From contig NC_043005.1 of NCBI RefSeq assembly GCF_006345805.1, positions 20,274,001 to 20,338,000 of the forward strand: 64,000 nucleotides of DNA. The letters are read 5' to 3'. Of this stretch, positions 26,001 to 36,704 are shown piece after piece. The first letter of the stretch is position 1; each line of letters opens with the position of its first letter. A program made the translations under genes and the position numbers. A model generated the notes under the pieces. The model was not told the DNA's origin, did not search any database, and saw only the letters and a program-made list of their open reading frames with translations. The DNA is from Octopus sinensis (Eukaryota).

Positions 26001-29000
26001 GCAATAATTTTAAATAACGATGAGAGGAATTAGATGCTGGTTTGGTCATGTGATGCATATGGATGTAGACAGGTGTGCACGGAAATAATGATCTCAAAAC
26101 ACTGAGCCTTACAAAGGAGATGATAAACTGCTTGCTGTTCATGATACAGCTACTTTCCAGAAAAGGAGACTGGCACCTTTGTCAACTGAAACAGCAGTTG
26201 TGCGTTTCTGTGCCAATCATTGGCCCTTGAACTTCTTGACCTTGAAAAAGTGGTGTGGTGTCATTCTGTTAGCAGAAATTTTGTTTTGGATCATACAAAT
26301 ATGGCCATGTTTCATCTCCTGTCACTACAGTCATCATCATCACCATCATCATTTAACGTCCATTTTCCATGCTAGCATGGGTTGGACGGTTCAACTGGGG
26401 TCTGGGAAGCCAGAAGGCTGCGCCAGGCTCAGTCTGATCTGGTAGTGTTTCTACAGCTGGATGCCCTTCCTAACGCCAACCACTCCATGAGTGTAGTGGG
26501 TGCTTTTTACGTGCCACCTGCACAGGTGCCAGACGAGGCTGGCAAATGGCCAAAAAAACATTATCTTCGTCTTCAAGCACTTCTACCTTTCTTTTCTTCA
26601 AGTGCTGAGGTACCCATTTTCCACCATCTTTTGTAATACATTGTGACCACAGCTCAGTTATGCAGCAACTTCACAGATTGTGGTTCATTTGCACAAATCA
26701 ATTCATCTTGTTGGTGAGTCATGTCAGTGTTTGCAGCAGATGGTCTCCCACTGCATGCTTTGTGTTCAATACTATTCCTCCTTCTTTAAACTTCTTCATT
26801 GATTTGTGTACATTGCTCTTGTCATTGGTGTCAACTCCTTAAACAAATTGTGGATGTTAGCCAGCCTGCACCCTTCCTTTTGTTAAGATCTCACTGATGA
26901 CACATTGCTTCTGCTTGGAACCCATTATTTGCCTTCAATAAAGAACAGGATTAATAGTTAGTTTAGAAGAAGAGTGACTGTACTAACATGTGCAAATAAG
27001 TAACCTATGTCAATTAATAAAAAAAAAAAATTACCAACTTTTGCACTACTTTTGGGACAATCCTTGTGTGTGTGTGCGCATTGTAAAGGCAATGAACAAT
27101 AAAAGAAAGGAAAAAGGTAACCCAGATACTTATTAGCTTAATGCTTTCAAGGAAGGGAAAGACTCTTAAACATTTTGGATTCTAGTCCTTCATAGGAAGA
27201 AAAGCAAGGAGTGAGAAAGAGGAGAAATGGATGTGAGAAAAAAATAAAATAGTCGAGGAATTAGGAGCTAGATGGGAATGTAGTTCTATAGGAGGGGGAG
27301 GACGAGGTGGGTGTGTAAGCACATGTATAAAAGTGTATTTGTGTTTAGAGATGGATATATGGGGAAAGTGGTGCGTGTGCTTTTTTGGATGTGTGTAGAA
27401 GTGTGCATGTGCGGAAGTATAGTGGTTTAGGTTAGTGATGGTGTGAGGTGTTAGTGTATGTTTGAAGGGAGGAGGTGGGGTTGAGTACAATTGTGAGGTA
27501 AAAGGTAACGCAAGAGGAATGTGGAGGGTGTAATGGAAATTTGTGCAAAGACATAAACGTATGACACAGTTACATGGGTGGTGTGTATGAACAAGCAAAT
27601 CAAAAATGAGAGAAATTGCAAATTCAGGGAGAAAAGAGAAGTGAGAGAAAAATCAGAGAAAAATTAATTACAATACAACGCTAGCCAAAAACAAATGAAT
27701 TCTTTGAGAGAAGTGTTATTTAAAAATCACACTACACTGAGAAATAAGTTTAGTTTGGTGAGACACAGAAAAAGGCAAGAGGAACCCATGTGCTGGAGTG
27801 TAAAGCAGTTTCTTTTCTTTTGGGTTTTTCCTACCCACTTTTCCTCTTTCTCTCTTCTATGCTTTTCTTCTGATGAAGGTCTAATGTCTGAAATGTTAAG
27901 AATCATTCCCTTTTAAGTGTTAAGCTAATACAGTCTTTCTTAAAACTTGTCCTTTCTGTGTTGTCTTTTTCTTTCTTTTATTGCTCATTGTATTCACAAT
28001 ATATTTTTAATGCTTATATAGATCTTTTATATGTGTGTAGGTGCATGTGTGTCATATGGGAAATGGGGTGAGGTGCAAATCTAGGAGGGTTAGTTGGGGT
28101 ACATAAGTTATAGATAGCTGGATGTATATTCTGAGAAGGACATTTTATATATTTTTGTTGATAGAAATTGGTACCACCATATCAAGTGAGAACTTGTGTC
28201 CAGTTCAGGAGGAGATTTATATCTCATTTTCTCTGTTCTGTTTCTGTGCAAAATGTATATTCTGCATAACTTCAGTTTATGTAGCTGTCATTACAAATAG
28301 GTACCATCAGACCATCTTAGAAAGTTATATGAGATGGATTGGTGTCTCATCATCTAAAGAAAGATTTATCTCTTCTGTTTCATTCCATGAAAACCAGAAG
28401 TAAACACTAGTCTTTAAGGGTCACTCAGGTATCATTTATGTTTTAAGATATATATTTTTTTTAATTAAAAAGTACTTCTGAGGAATTGTACTTGTTTCAC
28501 AAAAGATTTGATCTATCTGAGGCTATGTGTTGAAATTGAAGCAATTATGTCAGGGAAAATAGGTGGTTAAAATAACCTTAGCAAAGGCGGATGTATTGTT
28601 TTCAGTCGTGTTTGTTTGTTTGTCTGTGGACAAGATATCTCAAGAATCACTGGATGGATTCAGATGAAACTTTCAAGGATGTTTGGCCTCGTGACTGGCA
28701 CAAACTGATTAGATTTTGGGATCAATACAGTACCGGACATGGATTCTGGATTATTTGTTATACTTACTTTACTTGACATGAAGTATCATGATCTCTGATT
28801 ATCACCTTGAAAGCACGCTCATGGTTTCCACATAAATTATGGCAGTGTTGTTGTTTCCAAAGTTTTATTTTCGTTTCTCTATTATTAATTTTACTCGCGT
28901 CTCTATCTGAGTAGAAACTGATGAATAAATAAATCAAACTATATAAACAAACGGTAGCAAAACTGTTCAGAAATTAAATAACACTAACATATTCCGTAAC

Positions 29001-32000
29001 AATAATAAATTTAATTTATCCTTGACAGTTTTTCGTTTTACCAATTTTGAATATATCGCTCCTGTTTAAAACTTCTTACCTACTTTATTTCATAAAAATT
29101 GGCTACAAGAGCCTTACAAAGAAGTAGCTGTGGGCTGGACAAAAACACAAATGACAATGAATGAAAATGAAAAGATGATTGGAGGGGGAAGGCAGACAAT
29201 GCCCACCGATTGCAGCTTCCCAAAAACATTGTTCTCTTTTTTATTTTTATAGAAATAAGCACAAAATGAGGTATTGAACCTCTTACAATTATTTAACCAT
29301 GGACACAATATGCTCACAAAAATGAGGCGCTAAGCCTCTTACCTTTTGTCCAATAAAGTTTCAACTCGAGGCACTAAAGCTCCTGCTCCTCTTCCTGACT
29401 AGGCTATTTGCCTCCTTGAAGCACTTTGATGGTGTTATGTTGCACTTTAGAGCAAATCTATTAGTGTCCTTGTGGAATGAGTCCAAAGTTCTGCATAGAT
29501 CACTTTCCCATATGACCTCCACAGCTACCTGTGTAGGCCAATTGGGGTCCTCCATGCAGTCCAGAACCCCTTCCCTTTGGCATTTTCTTTCCAACTTCTT
29601 AATGAAGTTCTGTACAGCCCCTCCCTTGTGAAAGAAGACCACATATTCCAACTCCAACTCCATGGGAGTGGTCATAGTTTCCTCCGTCGGTGGCACAATT
29701 TCCACTGACGGGGTTTCGGGACATGCTGGCAGTGTACCACTAACTGCCGGCAAAGTCCCATTCTTTTTTTGCTTTTTCTTCCCTTGTGCTACGGAAGGGT
29801 GAAGTTCTTCCGTTTTATCCGGAGGATCTTCCCTCCCTCCTGCAGCCTTCGGTGGGCCACCATTGTTGCCCACTTTCTTCCTCTTACGGCCTTTTTTTGA
29901 GGAGGTTTCCACCTCCCTGACTGTTTCTATCTCCCCCTCTGACTGGGGAGGGGTAGATTCCTTTGTCACCAACTGTTCCAGGACCTTGTTCTGGTCCTGG
30001 GGACAGTTTTTTTTAATATAGCCTGGTTCCAGGCACAGGTGACACACCGTTGCGTATTTAACACCCCTGGAAATAAACTTAATAGTTGGCAGATGCTCTG
30101 CCAACTCTTTCTTAATATCTATTTTCGGAAAGACAGTGAAGGTGTCGAGTGATTTTGAATAAGTCCTCAACACCACTCTGTCCTTTCCCCTAAATCTTTT
30201 AACCACTGTTTGGGTGGGACAATCTCCCACTCCAAAACTGTGACCAATTTTTTTGCCATGTTAAAGAAAGTTCAAGAAAGAAATAAAAAAAGTTCAAACA
30301 AAAAAGTCAAAAAAACTTTGAAGAAAGAAAAGTGGAGTAAGAAAGAAGGAAGACAGTTCCAAAAAACACAGCAAAACACAATTCTGGCTAACCAGTACTC
30401 CTGGCCAAAGATACTCCAACAACAACAGGGACACAGTAGCAGGAACACAGCTCCATAAATTGGTTAAAAAATTTAACAAATTTCTTTTTTAAAAAAATTC
30501 TACAATTTTTGGAGGCGGGATGCACCCCCAAAACAACACAGTTCTCACACTTAAGTGAGACAGCACAACTATAGGCAGACAAATACCTGGAATTCAGTAG
30601 GGATTTCTTGTTCTAACAAAATAGACAACAAACCCCCACTGAATCCCCAAAAAACAAATTCTTACCTTATAGCTGCGCCTTCACAGTTCTACACTTCAAG
30701 ACCACTGCATAGCAACGTCTTGACCACATTCAGTGTAAAAACAACACTGAGTCACACATGCGTAAGCAAGCTGCCTTACCTTCCTGACAATTGCATTTCT
30801 AGCCCTGCCTTGAAGGAAGCTTTACTTCTTGGTCTCACGTTTTTGTGTGCAACGATATTGTTAAACTTCTATTAACAATACTATATGCAGGTCCTTTCTG
30901 TTTTCTTTCATGCACGGATAAATTTTTCACTATAGCCCTTAATGGTCATAAAGACTATATCAGTAGATAGACTAAAAAAGGCCTTCATAGAGAAAACTGT
31001 CCCTGTTCCCACTGCTGACGACACACACACAGCATTACAAACATGGCCGGCACACGCACCTTCACATTCTATGATTACCATTGGGGGTCAATCAGGTACC
31101 AGACAAGGATTCTGGATTTTTTTCTGTTTTTTTTTTACTTAATTTTCGAGAGTGGTCAGGTTCATTTTTAGTATTCTTGTTTGTGAGAGCAGTCGAGTTT
31201 ATTTCAGATATTCTCATTTTAAAAATCATCACTGGCTAATTGTTGAGAGGACGTTGGAGTTACTTTGGCAAAGGTTTGCACCCTCTGAGTGCTCTTGTTC
31301 AAAATGTTCCCATTTTTAAAATCATTCTTCCTGTTGTTTTCTGGTTTGTTGTAATAATTAATATACTTTCTGAAGATGTGTGACAATTCTCAAAGTAATC
31401 TATTCAATTTTCAGAGTGCATCACCCAAATTTGAGGAAAATGTTTTACCTCGGACACGAAGTAAGTAATTTATAGAAAGAAAACTCTTTTATTATTCTTT
31501 TGTTAGTGGTTGGGGTCAGGGACCCCAAAAATCTTAGGTAATATCTGTAGCTGTCTTACTCTTGGCAGCATCAGGGATCCTGTAGCATGAATGTCTGAGA
31601 CAATATCTACAAATATCTTAGCTACAGCAGCTTCAGGGGCCATATAGTCCGAAGATCTGAGATAATGTCAACAGCTGTCTTACTCATAGCATCATTAAGG
31701 TCCATGTAGTATGAAGGTCTGCAACCATCTACATTTATTGTTCTCTTGACAGAGTCAAGGATCCTATAGTATGACAGTCTGAGACAATGTCTACAGCCAT
31801 CTTGCCCATGGTAAGGTCAGAGTCAATTAGAAAGAAGGTCTGAGTCAATGTTTACAACTATGTTATTCTTGTCAGGGTTGGTGGCCATGCAGTATGTAAG
31901 TCTGAGACATCTACTGCTTTCATATTGGCCACTGTGCTAAGATGACACATACTATGGCCACTGTGCTAAGAAGCAGACAAGTACTGACAGGTTGAGAGAG

Positions 32001-33550
32001 ATACCTGAAAACCTGATATTTCCCTCTGACAAAACTTAATAAGTACACAACACATTCCTTGGATAATGGAACAGTACCTTTAATGATTCTACAAAAAGAA
32101 AATAACTGTGTCTCCTTGGCGTAAATCTCTGTGTTACCACATGTAGCAACCACGATTGAGAACACGCCATTCTTCTTCGTAAAGATAATTGTAAGTACAT
32201 CCCGAATTCTAGAAAAACCATACACACAGTTTTATATATCAGCACGCACCACACATGACTATATACACAAACCAAATTTAAATCATACTTTCTTCTTCTT
32301 TGCTGAGGCATTACAGTGAGTATCATGTGCACATTATAAACACACCAACCATTGAATCCTTACATCTCTTGATTGTACATATAATTGTATCTTTTTTCAG
32401 TCACACATACAATGAGGAAAGCGGGAACAGTTAACAACAAAAAATAAGATCTTATTTATATATCCCCCTAACAAGTGCGCACATTATAAACACACCAACC
32501 ATTGACTCCTTACATCTCTTGATTGCACATATAATTGTATCTTGTATACACACATATAATGAGGAAAGCGGAAACAGTTAACAACAATAACAACAAAAAA
32601 TAAAACATCTTAATCTCCCTAACAAGTGTGCTATATCTTCACTTCTTTTTTTTTTCTTCTTTTTCTTTGTTTTTTGAGATTTGCCAACACTACACCTGAT
32701 TTTCTCCCCTCCATACACACACAATTATGTATCTGACTGATACACTGTTCGCTTTCCAGACATTTGTACATTACTGCATATACTTTATATGCGCTTTTGA
32801 CAAGTTGTGGTGCACCTGAGCACTGTATACAATAATTTCATTATTATTATTATTATTATATTATTTGAGATATACAGATTTTTAAAATCATTTATGTGAC
32901 ATGTATTTAAATACCAAAGCAATTGCAGGTATATTAACCCTTTAGTATTTAAACCAGCCATATCCGGCTAAAATATTCAGCCTTGTTTTATCTTCAAACT
33001 GGCTAGATCTGGTCTCTCACACTTCCCCTACAATGTTATTCTAAAAATAAACAATCATTGAAATATCAAAGCTACACGGTAATGCATGACCAAAGCAAAT
33101 GAATGTGAATAAATAAGCTTTACATCTGATAGAGAAATCTGAATGCTAAAAGGTTAAATAAGATACAAGATAAATTTTAGATTTTATTGAAATTATTTTC
33201 TCACACACACACCATATACGCATGCATGTATGCATGCATGCATACACACACACACAAGTAGAAAGAGAGAAGGTATGGATGAATGTTATATAATTATGAT
33301 ATATAAATATGGATTTGGGTGATAATAAATATTATGGTATGTTTATATAGAAGTATTTGGACAAATGGATAGATGGTGTTAGAATATGGACAAATGTATG
33401 AAATGGTGTATAATGTATTGGTATGTGAATATTTTCACTCTTTTTGTTGCTCTTTCTCTTTTGTCTTTATTATTAGGAGAATTCCCAGAATATCCTGAAT
33501 ATGAAATAATACCTGGCGAGAAGACAGAAACTGATGATAAAAAGAAGTGA
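13919..33550 (+). CDS. NDUFAF2: NADH dehydrogenase (ubiquinone) complex I assembly factor 2 (mimitin), 154 aa; join(13919..14060,16945..17034,18492..18532,22839..22910,31415..31460,33477..33550)
   Basis: NDUFA12/NDUFAF2 family motifs IGNDYFGNVYYE and PVEWEAWIRGKRQNPPT, plus C-terminal FPEYPEYEIIPG. All six exons are GT-AG and phase-consistent (465 nt). A second in-frame ATG at 13940 is an alternative start. Confidence 0.93.
14765..15478 (+). mobile_element. RTE-clade LINE fragment (RT motifs plus PHD-like finger), frameshifted
   Basis: GVHQGSVLSPLLF, LCYADDL, GLRVNLAKTK, then CxxC...CxxC...HxxC...CxxC and LEVVDSFCYLGD. Confidence 0.92.
15480..15790 (+). mobile_element. SINE/RTE-tail element abutting the RTE fragment
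   Basis: ggagtggttggcattgggaagggcatc...catgctagcatggaaagcggaagttaaacgatgatgatg. Confidence 0.8.
16945..17034 (+). CDS. NDUFAF2: NDUFAF2 coding exon 2 (90 bp)
   Basis: tttcAG acceptor, AAG|GTAATC donor; PSRNLKGARWVERADGDQMTPPDMPVEWE. Confidence 0.93.
18194..18324. mobile_element. Tc1/pogo-type MITE (131 bp)
   Basis: TIRs CAGTAATGCCTCA / TGAGGTATTACTG flanked by TA on both sides. Confidence 0.7.
18492..18532 (+). CDS. NDUFAF2: NDUFAF2 coding exon 3 (41 bp)
   Basis: tttttccAG acceptor, GAG|GTAAGA donor; (A)WIRGKRQNPPTEE. Confidence 0.93.
18776..20028 (-). mobile_element. 5'-truncated CR1-group LINE (RT C-terminus and 3' end), frameshifted
   Basis: Minus strand gives VPQGTVLGPILFLILISDI, FADDTR, ILPRIDYCSQLWSP, YSIERRFERY, LFNSIP..VRN and FKLQLDRYL; (TGAAA)n 3' tail at 18776-18800; ~69-bp duplication at the 5' junction. 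Confidence 0.9.
20080..20960 (+). mobile_element. Highly degenerate RTE LINE fragment
   Basis: Broken frames read ARQCIREN.DLVGEKCV, HYKRLLNVE, SIWCTKCKL and VDSFGYLGDLIS, paralleling the younger copy at 14765. Confidence 0.65.
21930..22740. repeat. Degenerate minisatellite (tgtgatg.tgtatggcagtgaaac.. units)
   Basis: Recurrent gtgtgatg / gtatggcagtgaaa / cagtgaatgtagaag motifs at roughly 110-125-bp spacing. Confidence 0.65.
22839..22910 (+). CDS. NDUFAF2: NDUFAF2 coding exon 4
   Basis: ttctAG acceptor, GCA|GTTAGT donor; EIQRNYAKMMKTIHRAKELEQKYA. Confidence 0.88.
23340..24625 (+). mobile_element. Full-length mariner (DD34D) transposon, inactivated
   Basis: TIRs (TCAGTTCATTAAGAATGAAATGT / ACATTTCATTCTTAATCACCTGA) with TA TSDs; 1286 bp; transposase motifs WIPHE, IVTCDEKW, DNAQPH and HPPYSPDLAPTD with 34-residue spacing; in-frame stops present. 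Confidence 0.95.
24881..25290. repeat. Near-identical ~205-bp tandem duplication
   Basis: The unit aagtctta...aagaatacttcatta occurs twice; differences are confined to the first ~60 bp. Confidence 0.92.
26325..26552 (-). mobile_element. SINE/RTE-tail element
   Basis: Near-identical to 2985-3200. Confidence 0.8.
27078..27990. mobile_element. Probable Penelope-like remnant with inverted terminal copies and a degenerate minimal hammerhead
   Basis: About 27078-27235 is a diverged reverse complement of about 27835-27990. The right copy contains TTCTT-CTGATGA-AGG..TCT-GAAA-TGTT-AAGAA (27865-27902). Confidence 0.55.
28575..28870 (+). mobile_element. Helentron/DINE-like non-autonomous element
   Basis: gcaaaggcggatgtattgttttcagtcgtgtttgtttgtttgtctgt followed by ggatggattcagatgaaactttca; (GTTT)n/ctgt microsatellite architecture resembling DINE/HINE elements. 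Confidence 0.45.
29361..30259 (-). mobile_element. LINE ORF1/gag-like zinc-knuckle protein (289-codon open frame; ATG at 30259 one base out of frame), no ORF2
   Basis: CHLCLEPGYIKKNC (CX2CX4[H>Y]X4C) followed by a basic, low-complexity linker (SSKKGRKRKK, GKKKQKK); no endonuclease or RT downstream; AATAAA on the minus strand at 29084-29089. Confidence 0.6.
30942..31060 (+). mobile_element. Possible Gypsy integrase C-terminal remnant
   Basis: KTISVDRLKKAF resembles the (T)VSIDRLKPA motif after Gypsy integrase cores; short match only. Confidence 0.35.
31415..31460 (+). CDS. NDUFAF2: NDUFAF2 coding exon 5
   Basis: ttttcAG acceptor, GAA|GTAAGT donor; SASPKFEENVLPRTR; supplies the phase 0 to 1 change needed to join exons 4 and 6. 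Confidence 0.8.
31530..31920. repeat. Degenerate ~60-bp tandem repeat
   Basis: Recurrent ctgagacaat.tctac / cagggatcct.tag motifs just downstream of NDUFAF2 exon 5. Confidence 0.65.
32328..32630. repeat. ~150-bp tandem duplication
   Basis: gcacattataaacacaccaaccattga.tccttacatctctttgatt...ccctaacaagtg occurs twice. Confidence 0.88.
33477..33550 (+). CDS. NDUFAF2: NDUFAF2 terminal coding exon 6
   Basis: Long pyrimidine tract plus ttAG; (R)EFPEYPEYEIIPGEKTETDDKKK*; AATAAA near 33554 and 33624. Confidence 0.88.
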
Positions 33551-34361
33551 TAAAATAAATATTGTTTCTGAATAATTTATTCCTTTTCCAATGTTATATT
33601 TTGATTTCATTCCTTAGATTCATAATAAAGATTTTTGTATTGAACTGAATGAATCTCTCTCGTTAAATTTATTGCTCTCTGTTCTAGTTTGACCGTAGAT
33701 CTATGGCTGAAACTAGTAAATGAGTATAAAATCATTAGTGATGATGATGATGATACCTCCTTTGCCCTACTGTCCTCCCCCTCCCCCTCTTCCCCCTCCT
33801 CCTCCTTCTAGCAGCAACAGCAGCAATCATCCCCTCTATTCTACTCCTATGTTAACTCACTACTTTCACCTTTCTCTCTCTTCCATCACTGCTGTGGTGA
33901 TTTGCCCAGAAGGACAAGTGTTTTTCGTAGATTTTAAGTTCTGTTGGATCATTAATCCATTGGACTTATTTCTCTTCTCTTTAGCGTTAAGCAGGTATGA
34001 AATGGAATCTTCTTCTGGGTGGGATGCTGGTCTCTTGCAGGTGACTTTACCTTGCTAATAGAATTGAATTTTTCACCTATCTTAGACTCGTTCAATGACC
34101 AGTTTTTTCTAGATCCTAAATGACTGAGAAATTTGAAAGAATGATCTTTGATAGGAGTCACAACTGACAATAATAACAAGGAGATCAGAATTGTCACCAG
34201 ACCTGCCAAAAGTCAGATTATTCCCTACTGCAAGCTCTCAGTCAAGTTTTAAATAATTTGGATCTCTGAGTTGCCCCTCTTGATCTCCATGATTCAAATT
34301 AATCATTGAAAGTAATTATTTTTTCCTCCTCTTCACTATGGATGTAATTTTAATTCTCTTA

Positions 34362-34755
34362 CTCTTTTACTCTTTTACTTGTTTCAGTCATTTGACTGCG
34401 GCCATGCTGGAGCACCGCCTTTAATCGAGCAACTCGACCCCGGGACTTATTGTTTTGTAAGCCCAGTACTTATTCTATCGGTCTCTTTTGCCGAACTGCT
34501 AAGTTACGGGGGATGTAAACACACCAGCATCGGTTGTCAAGCAATGCTAGGGGGACAAACACAGACACACAAACGCATATATATATATATACGACGGGCT
34601 TCTCTCAGTTTCCGTCTACCAAATCCACTCACAAGGCTTTGGTCGGCCCGAGGCTATAGTAGAAGACACTTGTCCAAGGTGCCACGCAGTGGGACTGAAC
34701 CTGGAACCATGTGGTTGGTAAACAAGCTACTTACCACACAGCCACTCCTGTGCCT
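34362..34755 (-). mobile_element. tRNA-derived SINE, full length
   Basis: Reverse complement of the 50140-50540 copy; tRNA-like head and (TTTACTC)n tail. Confidence 0.85.
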
Positions 34756-35381
34756 AAATTAGAAATTAATTTAGACTCATGTTAAATATGTTAGCTCCAA
34801 TGTAACTACATATCTTTCAAGCTGCATACTTTCCTGGATAATTTTACTCCATCATTCATTTATCTGCTTACAGACTATGAGTTTAATTCCAATGTCAGTG
34901 TTTGTAGTTTCTGAGTAAAGCACTATATTCTACATTGTCTCATTTCACTTTGTGTCAGTATTAAGTACTGCTGATGATTTAGGAATTTTACCTGTGATTA
35001 ACTGACATCCTATCCATGGGAAATATATCTCTCAACTCCTAACAAATTGGGGAGAAATATCTGCCATTAAAACCCTCTTTTGATTTTAATATTGAGCTGT
35101 AGACTAACAAAAAAATGATAAGCTATAGATATGCTGTGATGTAAAAGCACCAGTGGAGCTTTTATTTTCATACAGTGTAGCTTGAGCAAGACAGCTTTAT
35201 GGAAACTATCCTTCTCTGACCAACACTCATATAAAAATTTGCAAAACCCTTATCAAGGGTTCTTTTACTTTCTGAGTTCAAATTCTGCTAGGCTCAATAA
35301 AACACTAGCTGAATACTGAAGTTAGTTTCATTGACTGTACTCTCGTTACCAAATTTTGTCACCATGTCCCAATTCTTGAAA

Positions 35382-35778
35382 TCTTTATATATAAAAGTAA
35401 GGTCGCGTGTCTGTCTCCTACGATTTAGATTCCTAACTACTCCCACATTTTGCGGTGCAGTTTAACCAAAACCGGGTATCTTATAGTCGTGATTCATATC
35501 AAGCCCTTCTGGGTATTAGCGCACGTCTACGATGAGTCTACGATTTAAAAACAAATTTACCATCATTCTTTTCCATTTTAATGCATTTTTTCGCTATTAT
35601 ATAAGGGAAGTAACTCTCTAAAAATGTCTACGATGAGTCAACGATTTAAAAAAAATTTACCATAATTTTTTTTCCATTTTTAATGCATTTTTTTGCTATT
35701 TTTTGGCTATAACTCTCTAAAAATGCTTATATAGTTATTTCCCTTACAAACCCGAGCAACGCCGGGCGATACTGCTAG
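35382..35778 (+). mobile_element. Non-autonomous Helitron (397 bp)
   Basis: 5' TC start after A, 3' CTAG followed by T, subterminal hairpin CCCG-agcaacgc-CGGG (35751-35766), internal ~98-bp tandem duplication. Confidence 0.88.
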
Positions 35779-36383
35779 TCAATTATATAATTGGAAACCA
35801 ATAATAGAATGTATGAGTGAGATGACACTCCAGAAGGAGCAATCCAGGAGTTACAAATTGGGAGGTCACATGATGTTGTGGACTATATGGTTCTTTTGTG
35901 TTTTGCTAGCCATGGTTGCTCTCTCTTCATCACTTAGGATTTGTAGCTCTGTCATCCTGAGTTGCTCAGAGATGAGGTTGATGTTGATGATGTTTTGAAT
36001 TTGTTATATGAACTTAGCCATCCTTACAAAGTCTGATTGCTGAGGATGTTTCTTTCTCTTGACCACAAACAATACATCCCTATAATACTATGATCAAAGG
36101 CATTCTAACACACATACTACTTTTTTATTTTTCAGATCTTATTTAATTTAAAATGTTTGTTTGCAATATTTCTGTGGATTTCAATCACAAAATATATAGA
36201 CAAGGAATTTAGCTGCTGTTTCTAGCATATTGGCAACAGCTGTGCATATACATACACAAATCTATTGATAATTCTTGTTGTTTAGTTCCTAAATCAGCTC
36301 TTATCCAGCAGACTTATAACCAAATGCATTCTATCCATGACCTTCCAATTTTTTTACTTTATATTTTTCAGGTACTACATTAG

Positions 36384-36422
36384 CAGTGTTTCCCAATCTG
36401 TGGTCCACAAACTAAATTCAAA

Positions 36423-36501
<79 letters not shown>

Positions 36502-36704
36502 TATAGCCAGCTGGAGGAGATATCTTCCTGGGGCTACAAACTACAGTAGCATCCACCCTTAGGGGTTAGCCATATTCAAATGGCAAATATGCATCACAAT
36601 ATATATATATATATATATAAAGGATAATCATATTAAAAGGGGTCCGTGGGAAAACTCACTTAAATAAAAGGGGTCCTTGGTAGTGAAAAGGTTGGAAACC
36701 ACTG
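36384..36704. mobile_element. hAT/Charlie-like MITE containing an expanded (TA)n
   Basis: Ends CAGTGTTTCCCAATCT / AGGTTGGAAACCACTG; TSD not clear. Confidence 0.6.
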
